Virus record (IMG/VR): IMGVR_UViG_3300027972_000013
Coordinates: 1-56,304 of that record
Origin: a virus
Lineage: Duplodnaviria > Caudoviricetes
Reading direction: 5' to 3' (one strand)
DNA: 56,304 bases
Under the pieces are notes generated by a model. That model saw only the letters and a program-made list of their open reading frames with translations, was not told where the DNA came from and made no database searches. A program made the position numbers and the translations under genes. This document shows, piece by piece, positions 52,980 through 56,304 of the stretch (its first letter is position 1; each line of letters opens with the position of its first letter).

Positions 52980-53746
52980 TTCGTCTCCTTCCCCGCGAGG
53001 GCGGCGGCTCGCCTCCGCAGCCAGTTCAGAGCGATCGACGCGATCTCGCGCAGTTCAAGGTCAATCGGATCGCTGCCTCGCCCACAGATGGCGCTTGCCA
53101 GTTCTCCCGCTTCCTCTTGTAGTCGAGTGAGCCAGTACCACTCGTCCTCGTCTGCCCACGTCTGTCGATGCTTCTCGTAGAGGTCGATCACGGGGCCGAA
53201 TGGATCGACCGGGACGCAGCGCATGGACGAGGGCACGATTCCAAGGTTGGCCCTAATCTCGTCAAGTGCGCCCTCCGACAATGGCGGCGGGACAACGTAG
53301 TCATTCCTGCCGGTGACGGGATCTTTTTGCAGCGAGGGCATGGACGAGGGAGGAACGGAGGAGAGGGCTTCGTGTGCTACTCGTGCTCGCGAGTTTGCGA
53401 ATCCGCGCACGTCAGAGAAATCCTGAATGGCGGCATCGCGTGCCCCAGATCGGGCCAGCGTGTCCAAGGATGTGGCTGCTTCGTCGAGCGCCGCCCCGAG
53501 CGCGGCGATCTGCCGGGCCTGGGCAGCGACCATGTTGAGGAGATCGGTATAGGCTTCTTCTGTTCGGGTAAATGCCTGCTCCGGCATGTCGTTGCGTACT
53601 TCTTCAGCCGCTTCCACTCGGGCGCGGAGGGCGGCGAGTTCGGCGCGGGCGGCAGCGATGTGCTGTTCGTCTGAGCGTCCAATTCCAGACAGCGTCCGGT
53701 CAATGGCGGCATAGCCGTCGATGATCTTCTCAATCGCGTCGGTCAC
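52976..53746 (-). CDS. mosaic coiled-coil protein with C-terminal MazG-like domain
   Basis: WLTRLQEEAGELASAI...ELREIASIALNWL. Confidence 0.6.
   Translation of the reverse strand: MTDAIEKIIDGYAAIDRTLSGIGRSDEQHIAAARAELAALRARVEAAEEVRNDMPEQAFTRTEEAYTDLLNMVAAQARQIAALGAALDEAATSLDTLARSGARDAAIQDFSDVRGFANSRARVAHEALSSVPPSSMPSLQKDPVTGRNDYVVPPPLSEGALDEIRANLGIVPSSMRCVPVDPFGPVIDLYEKHRQTWADEDEWYWLTRLQEEAGELASAICGRGSDPIDLELREIASIALNWLRRRAAALAGKETK
53219..53350. repeat. 132-bp repeat copy 2
   Basis: Matches 8492-8623 with 2 mismatches. Confidence 0.95.
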
Positions 53747-54105
53747 GTCTCCTCCTTCAGGGCTGCGTCGATCGCGGCGAGCATGATCGCTTCGTCGCAC
53801 GTTACGCGCTCCTGGCAATTCCAACACTCAAGGCTGTCCATGACGGCGCAAAGCATGGACTTCTTCTCAACGCGCTTGCGGATGTCTCTGAGCAGCTTGA
53901 CGAGCCGCTCCTCGCGCGGGCGGCGGTTCCACATGCGGATAGCATCGTCCGTTGCGACTACGGCCCTGTCTGCCGTTGCTGGTGCGCCCTTTGTCCCGCA
54001 CCCCTCGCAGTTGATGATCGCACGGAACCTCCCGTCGAACCTTTCGCAGAACATCGTCGGCTCCGCCTCTCCGCAGAACGGGCACGCCTTGATCTTCTCA
54101 CTCAC
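53743..54105 (-). CDS. Lar-family zinc-finger protein
   Basis: KIKACPFCG...INCEGCGTKG...AIRMWNRR. Confidence 0.7.
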   Translation of the reverse strand: MSEKIKACPFCGEAEPTMFCERFDGRFRAIINCEGCGTKGAPATADRAVVATDDAIRMWNRRPREERLVKLLRDIRKRVEKKSMLCAVMDSLECWNCQERVTCDEAIMLAAIDAALKEET

Positions 54106-54595
54106 GGGCTTCCTCCTTCAGCTTGCGTATCGCGGCGGCTAAGGCGCTCCATCTTTCGGGCCACGCATAGCGGCCATCCTCGGCATAGTCCAGAGCTGCT
54201 TTGTGTTCCTCAAGCACTCGCCCCATGAGTTTCTCGACCTCTTCGAGCGCGTCGCGGCGGACGTCGCCGTAGGAGCGGCGCAGGATTTCCGTAATGGCGT
54301 AGGCATGAATTCCCGGATCATCGCACGATGTTCCTTTCCAGGAGGCGACATAGGCGGCGATTTCCTTAGCTACCCGCTCGTGGTCAGGCATCGGGGCCTC
54401 CTTGACGACCTCGGCCTTGTTGCGCCGACACCACTCTACCCACGTCGAGATCCAGCAATTCTTCTCGTAGCGGCTGACCTGTTCCTCTACGTGATAGAAG
54501 ATGTTGCCACCGTTGCGTCGGCGGACAAGGCGCGTGTTACCGTTTGCCCTCACTCTGTCCCCCGGCTGCGGGTCGAGACGGGGATCACGCGGCAT
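54098..54595 (-). CDS. hypothetical protein
   Basis: RDPRLDPQPGD N-part joined to an MPDHER...RRDALEE part. Confidence 0.5.
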   Translation of the reverse strand: MPRDPRLDPQPGDRVRANGNTRLVRRRNGGNIFYHVEEQVSRYEKNCWISTWVEWCRRNKAEVVKEAPMPDHERVAKEIAAYVASWKGTSCDDPGIHAYAITEILRRSYGDVRRDALEEVEKLMGRVLEEHKAALDYAEDGRYAWPERWSALAAAIRKLKEEARE

Positions 54596-54866
54596 GGTTC
54601 ACCATCCTGTCCACCACTCCATAGGCCCACTTCGCTCCGTAGTCGACAGACCCACAGGCATACTGCTCTGCGGCTACCACGTCGGCGAGCGTCGGTGCGC
54701 GGAGCCCCATCTGAGTCGCTGCGACGGTGGCCGCGTTCAGTACGGCCTGGCGCTCTGCTTCTTGCCACTCTTCGATGCTACGACCTTGACGCTTCTCTGC
54801 TTCGATCTGGAAGGCATCGTAGATCACCCTCGCTGGCGCAGTCCGCGGTCGGAAGACATCACGCAT
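54585..54866 (-). CDS. hypothetical protein
   Basis: 93-aa coupled ORF. Confidence 0.5.
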   Translation of the reverse strand: MRDVFRPRTAPARVIYDAFQIEAEKRQGRSIEEWQEAERQAVLNAATVAATQMGLRAPTLADVVAAEQYACGSVDYGAKWAYGVVDRMVNHAA

Positions 54867-55221
54867 GGCTCTCTCCTTCGATGCACTTCACCAGCGCGTT
54901 GTCATGGTCCTCCCCGAGCAAGGCGAGAGCTTCGTTGACCAGCTTGTAGAGCGGCGAGTACCTTGTGGCGTCTGGTGCCACGATCTCAAGATGCTTCTTC
55001 GCTGCGACGATCTTCTCTCTCGCCTTTGCTATGGCCTCGTGATCGGCGTCCCACGCGGCCCAGGCAGTTGCGTACATCTCCTCTGCATCATCCGGTGGAG
55101 GTAACGGCAACGAGACACGCGGCCCGCTCCGGCCACAGACGTCACACACAACGGCATAGCCAGCACCAGCTGGTTGCAAGGTCAAGGTGTTGCTTCCGCA
55201 CTTGCACGGCTTGTGATTCAC
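54859..55221 (-). CDS. Lar-like zinc-finger protein
   Basis: KPCKCGS...VVCDVCGRSGP...AWAAW. Confidence 0.55.
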   Translation of the reverse strand: MNHKPCKCGSNTLTLQPAGAGYAVVCDVCGRSGPRVSLPLPPPDDAEEMYATAWAAWDADHEAIAKAREKIVAAKKHLEIVAPDATRYSPLYKLVNEALALLGEDHDNALVKCIEGESHA

Positions 55222-55583
55222 GATGCGCCTCCCCGACAGGATTCACAACACGCCCAGGCGACGAGAGACGGGGCGGCGCAAAGCATGGCGATCTCGTATT
55301 CCCACGGCTCCGCATCGCATTTCCCGCGCCACACTTCTCCGCGCAGAAAGTCACTGAGACGGACAGCGCGTCCGCGTCTCTCGACCTCTTCGACCACCGT
55401 GGCTAGGTCATTGCGGTTTATGGTTGGCGACCACGCCGAGGCTAGAACAACATCCTCTGCCGGTGCCATCGACATCGTGTCCTTTACCCACCATCGTCCG
55501 CTCCGCTCCCACCGCATCACGATCTCGGCGCACTCGGCGTCGTTCACGCTCGCAGGACGGGCAGACCAATCAGCGTAGGTCAT
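55218..55583 (-). CDS. phage protein, ABA-sandwich-like
   Basis: CAEIVMRW...WSPT..RNDLA.VVE...APSLVAWAC; SD AAGGAGG. Confidence 0.45.
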   Translation of the reverse strand: MTYADWSARPASVNDAECAEIVMRWERSGRWWVKDTMSMAPAEDVVLASAWSPTINRNDLATVVEEVERRGRAVRLSDFLRGEVWRGKCDAEPWEYEIAMLCAAPSLVAWACCESCRGGAS

Positions 55584-55683
55584 CGGCGGGCCTCCTTGGC
55601 GCAGTCGCACTTCTCGCCCGTAGCCGCCCCCGGAGCCACGAATCGCGTGCTCCCACACTTCGTACACGTCTCCCAGTAGACTG

Positions 55684-55902
55684 TCATCGGCGGGCCTCCA
55701 ACTGCGTCAGCTCCGCCTTGAGCGCCGCGGTCCTGGCAAGCCTCCACCCGTCGCCAAAGAGCGGCGCAATGTGCTTGAGCATCGTCGTTACAAATGTGCC
55801 ATCCGCCCCAACAAGCTCGATCCCGTCGTCCGACATGCCCCAGCCGTACTCATCCTGAAGCTCTTGTGCCGCTGCGATGATTGCCTTTGTCAGTTCGTCC
55901 AT
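55684..55902 (-). CDS. hypothetical protein
   Basis: 72 aa; SD GGAG. Confidence 0.5.
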   Translation of the reverse strand: MDELTKAIIAAAQELQDEYGWGMSDDGIELVGADGTFVTTMLKHIAPLFGDGWRLARTAALKAELTQLEARR

Positions 55903-56039
55903 CTACTCCACCTCCCACTTGAGCGCCGAGAGGCGCGCGATCTGCTTCTTCAGGCTGGCGATCTTCGCTGTCCGCATCTCCTCGGCACGGGCAACGGCGG
56001 AGGCGCAGTCCTCAATATCCGCTGCGGTCCACTTCGCGG

Positions 56040-56304
56040 TCATGCTTCACCTCGCGCCTTGGCGAGAGCAGCGGCTAGTCTGTGAGCCCCTGTTACGTCG
56101 CTCCCATCACTTGACCAGCACTCAATGACCGTCTCCGCCGCCCTGATGATCTCCGGCACCGCCTCCGGGTTGATGCCCTCGCAGGCGTTCCAGCAGGCGA
56201 CAAGATGCTCGGCGTTCGCCCATGCCTCTTGCTGACCATCCGCGCAACGCGAACGGGCATCGTTCTCTTTTCCGAACCCGGCAAGGACGTTGTCGCGCGC
56301 GTCC
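56040..56304 (-). CDS. 3' part of the junction-spanning gene (starts at 9844)
   Basis: ...ACWNACEGINPEAVPEIIRAAE...LAAALAKARGEA*. Confidence 0.7.
   Translation of the reverse strand, partial: DARDNVLAGFGKENDARSRCADGQQEAWANAEHLVACWNACEGINPEAVPEIIRAAETVIECWSSDGSDVTGAHRLAAALAKARGEA
56178..56304. repeat. exact 127-bp copy of 9611-9737
   Basis: Direct comparison. Confidence 0.97.

Noticed and set aside
53219-53350. 132-bp repeat pair as DGR template/variable repeats
   Set aside because: Both differences are A vs G on the plus strand, but there are only two, both copies are mid-gene and no reverse transcriptase is present
56178-56304. Biological terminal direct repeat or att core
   Set aside because: Length equals a common k-mer size, it ends exactly at the edge, lies mid-gene and is far from the recombinase
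1-56304. Stop-codon reassignment
   Set aside because: Genes are full length in the standard code and TAA, TAG and TGA all act as stops

Overview
High-GC tailed-phage (siphovirus-like) DNA with essentially all real genes on the minus strand. The last 127 bp (56178-56304) are identical to 9611-9737. Joining there rebuilds an intact gene, so 9738-56304 reads as a complete 46,567-bp circular or terminally redundant temperate phage genome (module A). It encodes TerS/TerL, an HK97-type portal fused to a MuF domain (frameshifted), prohead protease, major capsid, decoration proteins, neck, tail tube, chaperones, tape measure, Dit, adhesins, holin-like genes, nucleotide-metabolism genes, an XRE regulator, SSAP/SSB-like genes, a large serine recombinase, a replication initiator with iterons, HNH nucleases, a resolvase and two acetyltransferases. 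Positions 1-9610 form a branch (module B) with a second, different TerS/TerL/portal/MuF set and a small-gene cassette that shares only short collinear identity patches with 53.2-54.4 kb. Most notable: the two packaging modules and their shared TerL nuclease domain, microhomology-anchored mosaic genes, a ~400-nt structured RNA array with a tRNA-like domain, an 881-aa signal-peptide protein inside the head operon, a split Dit, a tail-operon glycosyltransferase, three genes with apparent CTG/ATA starts, and no recognisable endolysin. Family assignments come from motif recognition by eye, not database searches.
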